64,000 bases of DNA from Massalongia carnosa (Eukaryota), in assembly GCA_965645245.1 (NCBI GenBank), contig OZ287081.1, positions 682,001 through 746,000 on the forward strand. The letters are read 5' to 3'. Both the position numbers and the translations under genes were made by a program. Below, one piece after another: positions 49,902 through 60,592 of the stretch; the first letter of the stretch is position 1; the number at the start of each line of letters is the position of its first letter. The notes beneath the pieces were generated by a model that saw only the letters and a list, made by a program, of their open reading frames with translations, had not been told where the DNA came from and did no database searches.

Positions 49902-51719
49902 CTACTTTGCCCCCCTATAAACTCCCAATTCCCCCCCTTTGTCCCCAGCAACTAACCAAGTGCTTAAAGTAGATTGTTTTTGACTGTTTTGCCGTCTTTC
50001 AAACAGCCCCCGTTCATGCCTTCGTAATTGACGAAGCATGCCCATATCGCCCTTCAACTGCTGTTCTTCATGCAGTCTCAGGATCCTACAAGCCTCCTGT
50101 GCTTGACAGACCGTTATAACAGGTGTAACCTCCACCTCTTCATCCGTCTCAGCGAGCCTTTCCTGCTCCGCATATCGTGAAACGATATCATTCATAATAT
50201 CTTCATTTGTGTCCCCTATAGCCTCCTCGGGCGGGTTTATAAATTGATGAATGTTCATCGCCTCTTCTATTCTACCCATGACCTGCATCTGACGTATGTC
50301 CTGTGTAATCTCTTGCAAGACAGTCTCGGACTCGACCCATCTCGAGGTTCTTGGTTGATTGAAGGGTGCTGAACCCCAATCAATGACTCCTGATCGCCCC
50401 CAGCAGTTCTGTATGGTGGAAGGTTTGACGTCGTTTTCCCATGCTGAAATGCCCCATCGAATGACACGAAGAACATTTATGGAGGCAGTCGGATCTTTTC
50501 CAGCATCGAAAGAACTTACCATAAACTGGACGAGTTGTTTTCGTGCATAGACCTTCCAGTTTTGTATGATGCCTTGATCCAAAGGTTGATGTAATGAGGT
50601 GGCATTTGCAGGTAGCCACGCAATGCGAATATTCTGCAAAACACCTGGATAGACGAGTTTTAGAAACGATGTCATGATTAATTATAACGTTAACACATTG
50701 ATTTATTTACCTTCATCCATCAAAATTTTCACAGCCAATTCGTGAGCAATGAAATTATCCATCAACAACAAAATCGATCGTCCATTTATATGACCATTTA
50801 ACCAATGCAAATATTCTCTCATTATGATGTTGTTATTCCAGGCCTTGGGATTATACCTCCAAACAGCACCAACATTCTCCAGTCCATGAATTTTGGCATC
50901 CCGAAAACAATTTGGGCCTTTTGGCCTTACCAATAAACCAGATATCAGGTTTATCCGACCCATCAGCATTACATGTGAGACAGGCAGTGATTCTAGCCTG
51001 TTATAATTAGAACTCTGCCAAATCGAAGCAGCTTACTGTGAAAAACACACCTTATCCTGCTTCTGACCGGCGTGCCTCTCAGTACCAAGAGATCGATCGG
51101 GTGCCATTTTCCAAAAAAGCTCTGTTTCATCCATGTTATAAACGTCTTTGGCAGCATATTCAGATACTAATTTACGAAGATCAGTCATTATCTGCTGTAC
51201 ATTTTCGCTTTGATCAGCTGAACCAGCCTCGCCATGATGAATGCGTTGTTTGAGTCCTCGTCGTCTTTTAAACCGATCCAGCCAGCCATTACTCCATTTC
51301 GGAGTGGGAATACCTTCATACTGAGGCAGTTTGTTCCACAACTCGGTAGCCTTGGTCCGTAGCACGTCAGCATTAACAGTGAGACTGGCCTGTTCATATC
51401 GCTGCTCCCATTCGAACAAAGCATCTTCTAACACAGGCCATTTGGGAATAACCTCCCGTTTGATTGAATTCGCCTCCTCTTTATCATCCAAGTAAGCATA
51501 TTTGGAACTAAGAATCTCGCTGATAGATGCACTCCCAGGCAGATAATTATACTCTCTTTTCCACCACATGCGACAGTCGTTCTGAGTCACTTTATTCTTT
51601 GAATCATCATTGTACCAGTCCCGAAGAGCTTTTCGCTGAATATTCGTGATTCCATGACGGGTTTTTTTTCGAGGGGGGGAAGTTGACAAAGACATGGAGG
51701 CAGGCCATTCTCGAGACAT
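49902..51719 (-). pseudogene. pogo/Tigger-like transposase with introns 51050-50998 and 50710-50645 and one +1 frameshift near 50912
   Basis: CENP-B HTH (LEDALFEW...WSNGWLDRFKRR) and catalytic VYNMDET, LLLMDNF and HQPLDQGII. The frame breaks between WFIGKAKR and PNCF. Confidence 0.85.
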
Positions 51720-51915
51720 ATTTACAGCAGAATCGTAGCAAATATATGATAGTTTTACCACCTCGCTATAACGAACGTCACCAAAAATATGAAAATAAAT
51801 TTCGTTATATCGTAATGGAGGGGTTTTTCGTTATAACGAGGTTTTTACCATATAACTACCAAAAATCCGAAAAATAATTTCGTTATGCCGAGGTTTTCGT
51901 TATACGGAACTTCCC

Positions 51916-51933
51916 TATAGCGGGGTTCGACTG
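51916..51933 (-). repeat. Right terminal inverted repeat of the pogo element
   Basis: TATAGCGGGGTTCGACTG, followed by TA; reverse complement of the left TIR with one mismatch. Confidence 0.92.
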
Positions 51934-52671
51934 TATTTTGCTGATCGCTTGTGGCACAACTAGATAGCCGGAAGGAAAAACCCCTTCCCTTGTCATCATC
52001 ATTCGCTTCTCCATTCCCTCAATCCCTAGCCCAATCCACAGATTCCCCACCCACTCACCCATGTATGCATCCAAACACAAAAAGCGAGCCGCCAAGCCCC
52101 CCCTTATGCCATAGCTGTGGAGTTGCATCGTGGGAAGGAGGGGACTTTTTTTTTTTAAAAAAAAAAAAGAATTTGTGGAGGGGAGCAAGAGCACAAATGA
52201 GAAAGGGGTGAATAAATACATATATCATCCGGTTTTTCGTGTGTTTTTCGAGCTTCGATAATTCAGGTACGATACACAACATGTATGTACCTATGTACCT
52301 ATGTATACCTATGTATGTACATACCATACCGGTCGGGATTCTCGAGAACGGAAAAGGGAGGAAAAGAGGGGCGAGACCACCAACTCTTTTGGGGGGGAGG
52401 TCTTATGAAACGGAAAATGTATGTATGTACCATCAGTACGGAGTAGCAACGAATCTAATCCGCACATTTCATCGACGTTTACTCTTTCGTGCATGGTATA
52501 CTATCTTCGTATCAATAGACGTTGAGAAGATGATTCAATGGTCGAAAAAGTGGTGTTTTCATATGATTCGTGGGATGGTCCCATCTTCGTATGGTTTTGG
52601 GGGGGAAAGGGATCATCGTTTCATCACAGACGCTGCTGCGTCACAATTACTCTTTCAAAATCACGGCCAAA

Positions 52672-54006
52672 TCATAAAAACTGCACTCCTCCCCCGCCGC
52701 CACCACCACCACTGCCACCTTCATCTCTCCCCGTAAACCTTCGAAACCCGTCCCCCTCCCCCTCCCACACCCTCACCCCCGTGCGCTGCACCCACTCCAA
52801 CGCCTCCCAAAACGGCGCCCACAGCGCCATCCTGGCCGCTTCCTGTTCCTCGGTCCACCACACCTCGCCATCATGCTCGACGTGGTCTTCCTCCCTCACC
52901 AAGGACAATGGCCACGAGTGGTCGTGCAACGGTGAAATGGCAATGGTGAGGGTGAAGAGCTGGGGGCAGCGGACGCGCATGGCTTTCAGGTTGGCACCCA
53001 CACGCGCAGGATGCGGGTCGGCGAAGGCGATGTCGAGGGTTTTGATGCCAGGGGGGATGGCGGTGAGGATGGCGGAGTCGACCTGGCGGCAGCCGAGGCG
53101 GAGGTAGCTCAGCCTGGGGAGTTGCGAGAGCAAGAGATTCAGGTTCGGGGCGGATCCGATCGGCCATTGCAACGGTACGACATCGAGTTTACGGTAGGTG
53201 AAGACCATAGACGGTGGGCCTTCCGTCAGGGCGTAGGCGCGTGTGGGATGGAAGCTGAGACTGGGAAAGAACCCTGCGGGAAGGCAGGTGATGCTTTGTT
53301 CCAGCGAGGTGGCGGAGGAGAGTTTGAGGAGTTTGGCAAAGTAGAGGACCAGCATCGACGGTATGGGTTCGTGAATGGCGAGGACGGCATGGGTAATGGA
53401 CTGGAAGCGGTGATCGGGTTGCAGGTCACGGATTTCGGGATCGTAGTTGCGGTTTCGTTGCAGCTTGATGTTCTCAGGTTCGGGCAGGGTGGCGAGGTCC
53501 TCGCGTGGGGGGGCGTGGTGGATGGGGAGTTCCTCTTGCACCTCTGCCCACGGTTCCTTGCAGTTTTCGTCGGGCTCGTAATTGAAGGTGAGAGATTGCA
53601 GGTTGGGGAGGAGTCGCAAGGAGGCCGTCCATCTTTCCGAGGCCTCCACCTTGGTCCTTGGGGTTTCCAACGACAACGAGGTGAATCCCAGCACCAGATG
53701 ACGAATACAGAAGCTGTTCCGCGTGCCAATGGACCGGATCCAGCGAGGAGCCTCGTAGGGATGCGAGATACGGACGATGGTGGTCTCATACATGTACGGC
53801 GTGACTTCATTATATATCTGTCGGTTGGTGCGTAGGAGTCGGTGGGTATGGCCGTGGGAGGGTTTAAAGGGTTTAGAGGATTTGGAGGGTTTCGAGAGGT
53901 GATGCTTGGTGACGCCATAGGGTGGATCAGGGGGGAACTCGTTGTGGCAGGCCAGCTCCCAGATGTTGTCACGCAATTCACGAGGCAACGCGAGTAGAGA
54001 GGGCAT
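52672..54006 (-). CDS. Hypothetical protein with N-terminal F-box-like motif; intronless
   Basis: 444-aa ORF starting MPSLLALPRELRDNIW, with LLRTNRQIYNE and LRR-like LPNLQSLTF / LPRLSYLRL segments. Confidence 0.8.
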   Translation of the reverse strand: MPSLLALPRELRDNIWELACHNEFPPDPPYGVTKHHLSKPSKSSKPFKPSHGHTHRLLRTNRQIYNEVTPYMYETTIVRISHPYEAPRWIRSIGTRNSFCIRHLVLGFTSLSLETPRTKVEASERWTASLRLLPNLQSLTFNYEPDENCKEPWAEVQEELPIHHAPPREDLATLPEPENIKLQRNRNYDPEIRDLQPDHRFQSITHAVLAIHEPIPSMLVLYFAKLLKLSSATSLEQSITCLPAGFFPSLSFHPTRAYALTEGPPSMVFTYRKLDVVPLQWPIGSAPNLNLLLSQLPRLSYLRLGCRQVDSAILTAIPPGIKTLDIAFADPHPARVGANLKAMRVRCPQLFTLTIAISPLHDHSWPLSLVREEDHVEHDGEVWWTEEQEAARMALWAPFWEALEWVQRTGVRVWEGEGDGFRRFTGRDEGGSGGGGGGGGVQFL

Positions 54007-54899
54007 GATGGATATGGAGAGATATATTGGGTATCAGACTGCGAAGACGGAGCTTGTAAGAAGAGGGGAAAGAATGGGAGTCGTGGGAGTGGAGACGATG
54101 ACGAATGGAGATGCGGTTAAGGATGAACAACACGAGGGAATTGATAATTACGCCAGGCGAATGAGAGGAAGCGTCATGAAGTACATAGATGAGCTTGTAG
54201 AGTTGTAGAGTGTTCTTGGGATTGACTCGGTCCTGAGACCTTGAGGATCTACTCAATCACTGCCATAACCCTTGCACTCGTCGCCCGTCGCCTCTCGCCT
54301 CTCGCCTCTCGCCTCTCCTTAGCGCGACTTTCAAAAGCCGAGACGAGCATCCCCCGTGACCTCGCCCGGGCTTTAACTCTATCTCCTGACGCGACACACT
54401 AACCCATTCTGTCCCTTCTCCCTTTCTCGGTCTAGTAGAGTCATACAAAGTATAGTAGAGAGTAATCAGCACAACCCTAAAGTCCAGTCACTTCGACACT
54501 TCACTACTGTACCCCATCGCTGACGTTCCCCCCCCCCACTATTCCATGGGGATGAGCTATAGACACATAAACACGCGATGAAACTGAACTAACCCCCCTA
54601 AGGGTGTTCAGGACAGAAAGTCACACATTGCCGATACGAAGCCTGCAGCCTGAGTGACCATGATCGGCAGCATCATCACATCAATTCCATCTGCAGAACC
54701 ATTAATGTACGTACATATGCAAATACCACCCCTCTTGGTCGAGCCTGCTCATCCACTCACAACTCGCCACACCCAGAGGAGTACGAGAAACCTTTCTTTC
54801 CACGGCCTTTCCCTGAGACCGTGCGCGCCCAGGCGGACTAATCATACCAATCGTGACCTCGTGCGCAAACCCGCGTGATCTCGTGGCGTGACCGATCCT

Positions 54900-56847
54900 T
54901 CAATAGTCCCAAAATCTATTGTCCTGGGGCGCCTGTTGCTTTTTGCCCGCCTGAAACTTACCGCCGTTGATCCCTCCCTCACCGTCTTCATCGCTGTCGT
55001 CGCCAAAGCCCCAGCTCCTCCCCGCACCCTTCTTGCCTCCCATCCCATCACCTCCGTTCTTCACTCCCACATACCGGTCCTTAGCACTGCCGTAGTTCTC
55101 CTTGCCCTCAGACGCTGGTCGCCGGGCGTCTGGGCCGGGAAAGTCCGGCTTTTTGGACGTTTGTTCGGGGCTTTGGTCCATCGCTTCCCATTGCGCGTTC
55201 ATCATCTTGACCGCCTTGGTGCGGCCTTCATGCACTGGCTTTTGTGCACCATTCGACCCGGCCTCTGCAGGTAAGTCGTCGGTCATGGTGAAGTGTGGGT
55301 CAAGATCTTTGTGGCGATCTTTGAGGTTCGTCATTGTCGATAGTGGATGATTCTTCTTCTCAGGACTTGGGCTTCGCTCCACAGCATCAAAGATGTCGTT
55401 CTTGTAAAGTCCCAGTCCGTTGTTACCACCTGGACCACGAGGATGACCAGGAGGCCGTTGATCGCCCGCTGGCGTACCATCGTCCTGGAATTCAAAATGC
55501 GTTCGAGCATCAGGGCGCGGTTGAGCCACTTTTAGATGCTTCGCAGGACTATCCATGTTAGGTTCATCATCGTTCCAGCCAAAGTGGCGGGCATCTTGGC
55601 CCCTAATCTTTTGGGGAACCTTCTCCGGGGTCATGAAATCCTCGAATTGCCACTGCGACTGATGTTTGGTCGTTGGTCGTGAAGGTAGCCCGTGCCCATT
55701 TTTAACCTCGTCCATACCAGGCCCGAGTTCAAAGTGATTGTATCGAGCAGGATCAGGCTTGATGAATTTACTCTTGGGTTCTGCCGGCGTTCCGGGAGTA
55801 CCTAGTTGAGAATTTTCTGTCTCAAACAAACGAAACGGTTGAAAGTTTTTCCCGGAGCCTCCTTTGGGCGCGATCGCGCCTGAAGTTGATTTCATCTCCT
55901 TCTGAGGTGATTGCTGTTTTGCTGTGATGACTGGTGAAGCATCTGACTCGTTCCCCACAAATAGATCATGGTAATCTCTTGGAGGAGGCTTGGATGACTG
56001 TGCCTTTTGACCACGGTTCTCTTTGAGAGGGGATAATGGCCGAGCTTTTGATACAGGTGAAGCATCGGAGTCGTTCCCGGCAAAAAGATCGTGGTAATCT
56101 CGAGGCGGAGGTTTCGCCGAGGCACGAGGAGCGACGGCTGCCGGCTGATGAGGGGATTCTTGATTAGTATCTCGAGGAGCGAAAAGTGATAAGCTCGCAT
56201 GTGGATCCCCAGTCACATTTTTGCTGGAGCCTGAAAGCTTTTTTGTGTTGCGTCCCCCATTCTGATCATGTTCGTTGTTCTTCATCGTCCTCGCAGAAGC
56301 ATTGTCTTGGGTATTGGGAGCACCTGAGGAGGCAATGAGCCGTGCCTGATCTTTACCATCACGTATAGGCCAGTTACGAGCCCGTGCACCGATCACATCC
56401 ACCATCTTCAGGAGCGACCCCTGGTCCCAATAGAGCCGGATGGTTTGGATTTTTTGGTTAGAATCAAAGTGGACGATGTGAATCTATACATGCCAAAATT
56501 AGAGAGGTCTAGATATAGTTAAAGGGCATAACTACCATGGGAAAAGTAACAATGTGATCAGCTAGAAAATTGTCATCCAGGCCTGGTAGATAGGCACCAC
56601 CACCAGTAAGAAACTCTAGCGTAGTTTCAACATCCAGGCAGACGGCATCCTCGTTCTCAATAGCGCTCAACACCGTCTCCTGTTTCTTCTGCAGTACTCT
56701 CTGGTGAGCTGCAAAGTGCTTGACAATCGCCGCAGGAGAGTTGATGGTTGTAAGGGTGGTGATGTAGTTTAAAGATGCATTTAGTGACAGGGCAGCAGCA
56801 GTGGGGTTTGCCAGAAAACTCTGGTAAATAGCCTTGAGAGACGACAT
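54900..56847 (-). CDS. Conserved fungal protein with N-terminal NTF2-like domain and long disordered tail; intron 56535-56484
   Basis: GGGAYLPGLDDNFLAD...FPM/IHIVHFD...IRLYWDQGSLLKMVDVIGARARNWPIRDG; the protein ends FWDY. Confidence 0.85.
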
Positions 56848-57640
56848 GTTGCTTTCATGGGATAGTGGTTCCCTTGAGCGCAGAATGATGTTGTCACGAT
56901 TGTGTATTTATTTATTTGTATTAGGAGCGGTATGTGATTTAGGTATATCCTTCGCTTCGGTTGCTGAAACAACTAGAAGGGATGGATTATTTACTTTCGA
57001 TGCTAACGCTGGGTTTTTAGAACACAACATCTTCATTGCATGAATATTTGCCCGACGTCATGCTTAGGCCTATCTCGAGTACGTATGTACGTAAGGACAT
57101 TGGTTCGAAGGTAAAAACCGCCAAATGAGCATATATGTCGTGCATAAGATCCTTCTACCAGCTAAACGGTAGACGCGAGTCCATATCAGCTTTTCGATAA
57201 ACCTATGGCTTAGTTAGCAGCTTTACTATGATTCTTGTGGCTACGTCATTCAATGATTTTGGTTAAGAGAACAGGGTCAGAACTAGAAAGAAAAAAAAAT
57301 GTAGCAGAGTTTTCTCGACTACGACGAATCAGAACTATATGTATACGCAAATGAAGTTTTACATAATTCATTCAAGTGTGCGCATGGTCAAGTTTGAGGA
57401 GACCGTTACAACTAGAAGTACACGTGATTTCTTGTTCATATGCCTAGTGTTCCGAAATCCTGTCGAAACTTATCTCCCCACCCTAATCCCTTTGGCTCAA
57501 CGGCCATATCTTTGAAGATTCCTTACCGGAAACCCTGCAAGTGATCCCTTGTAGGCCATTCCATGACGATGGCAAGGGAATTTCTATAGCAAAATATCTA
57601 CGGCACCGCCTTCTTCCTCCGCAAAGCGCAAACTTCATAT

Positions 57641-60592
57641 TTACATGGGAAGATTTCCCGGTGGCGTGCTGACTCCCATGAAGACGGCACCTGCCCCGTT
57701 GAAGATGTTAGCTTGCTGTTGCAACTGTAGCGGCTGCTCTTGACCTTCCATGACGAATGTGGAGGAGGAAAGGTCGGTATTCGTGGACCAACTTTGGTTT
57801 GCTGGGTCAAGGCCGGCGTTTTGTATGTACGAGTCCCAAGCATCCTGTATGGACTGTTAGCCAACTCGCCTTGAGAAGGTGACGCTTGAGTGCAAAAATA
57901 CGCACCCAATCCAAATTTGCAGGTGGCATTTCCAACATCGGGTTGCCTGTTCCCAAGAATGTGAATGGAATCGATGTAGAGGCCGTCCCGGCGGTAGACT
58001 GCTCCATGGGGTAGCCAGGTGTTTGACCAGAAAGCTGCGTCTCGCCGAGGCTGATATTGTTACTTGCCATCGAAGGATAACTTCCGTTAAACCTTGCGCT
58101 GGTGTTCGTCGTCATACCCCCGTTGCTAAGCATGCCAAGGGTCATGGCTGCGGAGTGCTCCGGCTTTTCTTCAACCTGTGATCTGTACGTGACAGGATTT
58201 TCTGCTAGATTTGAGAAAAGATATGGATTTTGTGATTGATGGTTCTTTGGGTGATGGCCACAGTACTTTAGCTTCTTTATCATAACCGTCAAGATCTCGG
58301 ATGCCTTGTACGACTCCATTGACTGGTCTCTGGTTTCTGTCCAGATGTCATTAGACAGCTCGAGCGCTTGAATCATATCTGCACGCCTCTCTAAACCCCA
58401 TGTATATAAATCTCCAGAACTCCGACCTGCGCCTTCTGCTTCGGCACCGTACCAGAGATCCAAGCAAACGATCATAGCAGCAAGCAAGAAATCCATGGCC
58501 GTTAGCGATGTAATAAGAATCCTCATTCCGTGCAATCTTCGGCCGGGTAGGGACTCATAATGAAGTATGGCTTGGTGACGAAGGAGGTCCATGGAGGAAT
58601 CGACACAGGTTCGACGGGAATGAGCGTAGCGGTTATTCTCACGAGCTCGAGCCAGGAATTTGCGATGTAACACGCATTGGCCCTTGTGATATAGGATGGA
58701 GAGGTTAAAGCGCTGCATGACAAGCGGTCCCGGATCAATCATAGACTCTTCGATTGAGCGAAGACGTAAATGGGGTGGAAACCCTGCACGAGCCTCTCTG
58801 AGGTTTTGATCCAGTGCAATGATGTCGTCGTAGGTACAAGCAGGAACTGAATGAAGAGTCTCCGTCACCTTACCAAAAACGAAGGCTGCTGAAGCTTTTG
58901 CAATCATGTAAGAGACTGGCGTAGCTTCTGTAAGGGGTCTCGATGGCGGGAGTACCTTGGTGTCTTCGTCGAACTCGTCATCGAATAAATTTCTGGGGAC
59001 TTCGGTATCACAATCCCCAACCCTAATCATACCTGGGAGTCCAATCTGAAAGGAGAACAACAGATCTGATTGTCGGACAAAAGTCCAGACACGCCGTCGA
59101 ATTTCGCCTTGAAATGGCGAAATGTTCGGGTAGTATTTAGGATCACGATGGTAACCCATTCGCATCGCTAGCCGTACTATCATCCCTACCAAAACCCAGA
59201 TTCCTACTTCTGCCTCACGAGTTCTAGCGTACTCGCTATGCAAATGGAGGACCAAGGTTTCAATCATGTGATTGACAGGCTTAGTAAAATCGGCTAGGAC
59301 TAAGCACTGTCCTGTGAGAGTTCGATATTTATTGCCCAGGCTTTGTGCCTTTCCACGATACTCTGGGGGTTCGTCACCCATTCGATGATAAGAATACATG
59401 GCAAGACAACAAATAGCAAACAGCTGACCCAGCAGCACAGGCCCAGTCATGGTTGGATCTTCCCAGTGTTTTTCATACTAGATAACCAAACACATTCTTA
59501 GATTTGAAGTTTATAATGGAGTGAAGCAAAAAATGGTGAATGAACGAATGTGTCAGCAAAAACGTACCAATCTATGCCAGGATGGAGAATGTAAAATATC
59601 TGAGGCGTTGAGTTAATGTTTTGAACGCCTTCATTTAAAGATGATACTTACGAATTGATGGATCATAAGAATTGAAATACCGAGAAACTAATTGGTCAGT
59701 GGTTGATCTCTTTGGAAGGGATGCCAATAATTCGGAATATTCTGGCGTGAAGGGCCCGCCAAAGAGAAAAGTTGGTCCAGTGATGCAATCTTCATGATTC
59801 TTGGAATCTTGGACCTTTCTATGTTGGTCTTCCAACTGCTTCTGGTGTTCTAGAAAATAGTTTTTGACCTCCGTAATCTAAGTAGTATCAGCTCAGTGTT
59901 AGGGATTCAGTCAGGATAAGAACTCACATCACTCAATATTGTGGCCCAATGAGCATCCCCAAAATACATAGACTTGTTATTATCCACCTTCATCATTCCT
60001 AATGACTGGGAGACTTGATCCGTTTCACTCTCCACTTCCTCACCCTCTCCTTTGATCATACCATGCTCTTGATCATCGCCATCTACGTCGACATCATGAG
60101 GATACTCAATAGAGCCTGTGCTATTGCTCATGGAAAGGGCTCGTGTAGCGGCTGTTGCGCCTGCTGATTGTGGACCATTGGTCATCAAGGACAGAACCAA
60201 ACCCTCTAAGCGATCAATGCGGTTTTGCATACTGTCCGCGGAGTTGTTGGAGTGAGATAAAGTAGACTGCTTTTTGCGAGTTCCAATAGCCGCATAGGAG
60301 CATGATATTGCATCTCCTCTTTTCACGCAGTTCTCACATGGTTGAGATCTGTTGCATTTAAGTCTGCTCAAGAGCGTTAGCATGGCTAGACCCAGCGTCC
60401 TCTTAAATATCCTCTTAACAATTCAGCAGCAGGATACGTCTATCTGATGAAGCGTAGAATAACCTACTTTCTGTTCCTGCAAGGAGCGCATGACAAGGGT
60501 ACTCTGTTTCGTTTCCTTACAACCCTATACTGCCCATCTGGAGAATATTGGCTAGAACTCGATGCGGTCAAAGACGGAGGCGTAGGAGCCAT
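57641..60592 (-). CDS. Zn2Cys6 transcription factor with Fungal_trans domain; 6 exons
   Basis: RKRNRVPLSCAPCRNRK/LKCNRSQPCENCVKRGDAISC. Middle homology region VRLAMRMGYHRDP...EIRRRVW. Last exon starts DAWDSYIQ and stops at TAA 57641. Confidence 0.93.

Larger units (their letters stand above)
49798..51933 (-). mobile_element. Complete pogo-type (Tc1/mariner superfamily, CENP-B/DDE_1) DNA transposon, 2136 bp
   Basis: TA target duplication (49796-97, 51934-35). TIRs CAGTCGAACCCCGCCATA and CAGTCGAACCCCGCTATA match at 17/18 positions. The element encloses a transposase gene. Confidence 0.95.

Noticed and set aside
51924..51933. GGTTCGA resembling a tRNA T-loop or B-box
   Set aside because: It is part of the transposon TIR and no cloverleaf forms. 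No tRNA, rRNA or CRISPR array was found in the window.
53011..53981. Long overlapping alternative-frame ORFs (274 aa +, 251 aa -) over the F-box-like gene
   Set aside because: Shadow ORFs expected in GC-rich coding DNA; the same applies to those over AlkB, CCT4 and RPT1.
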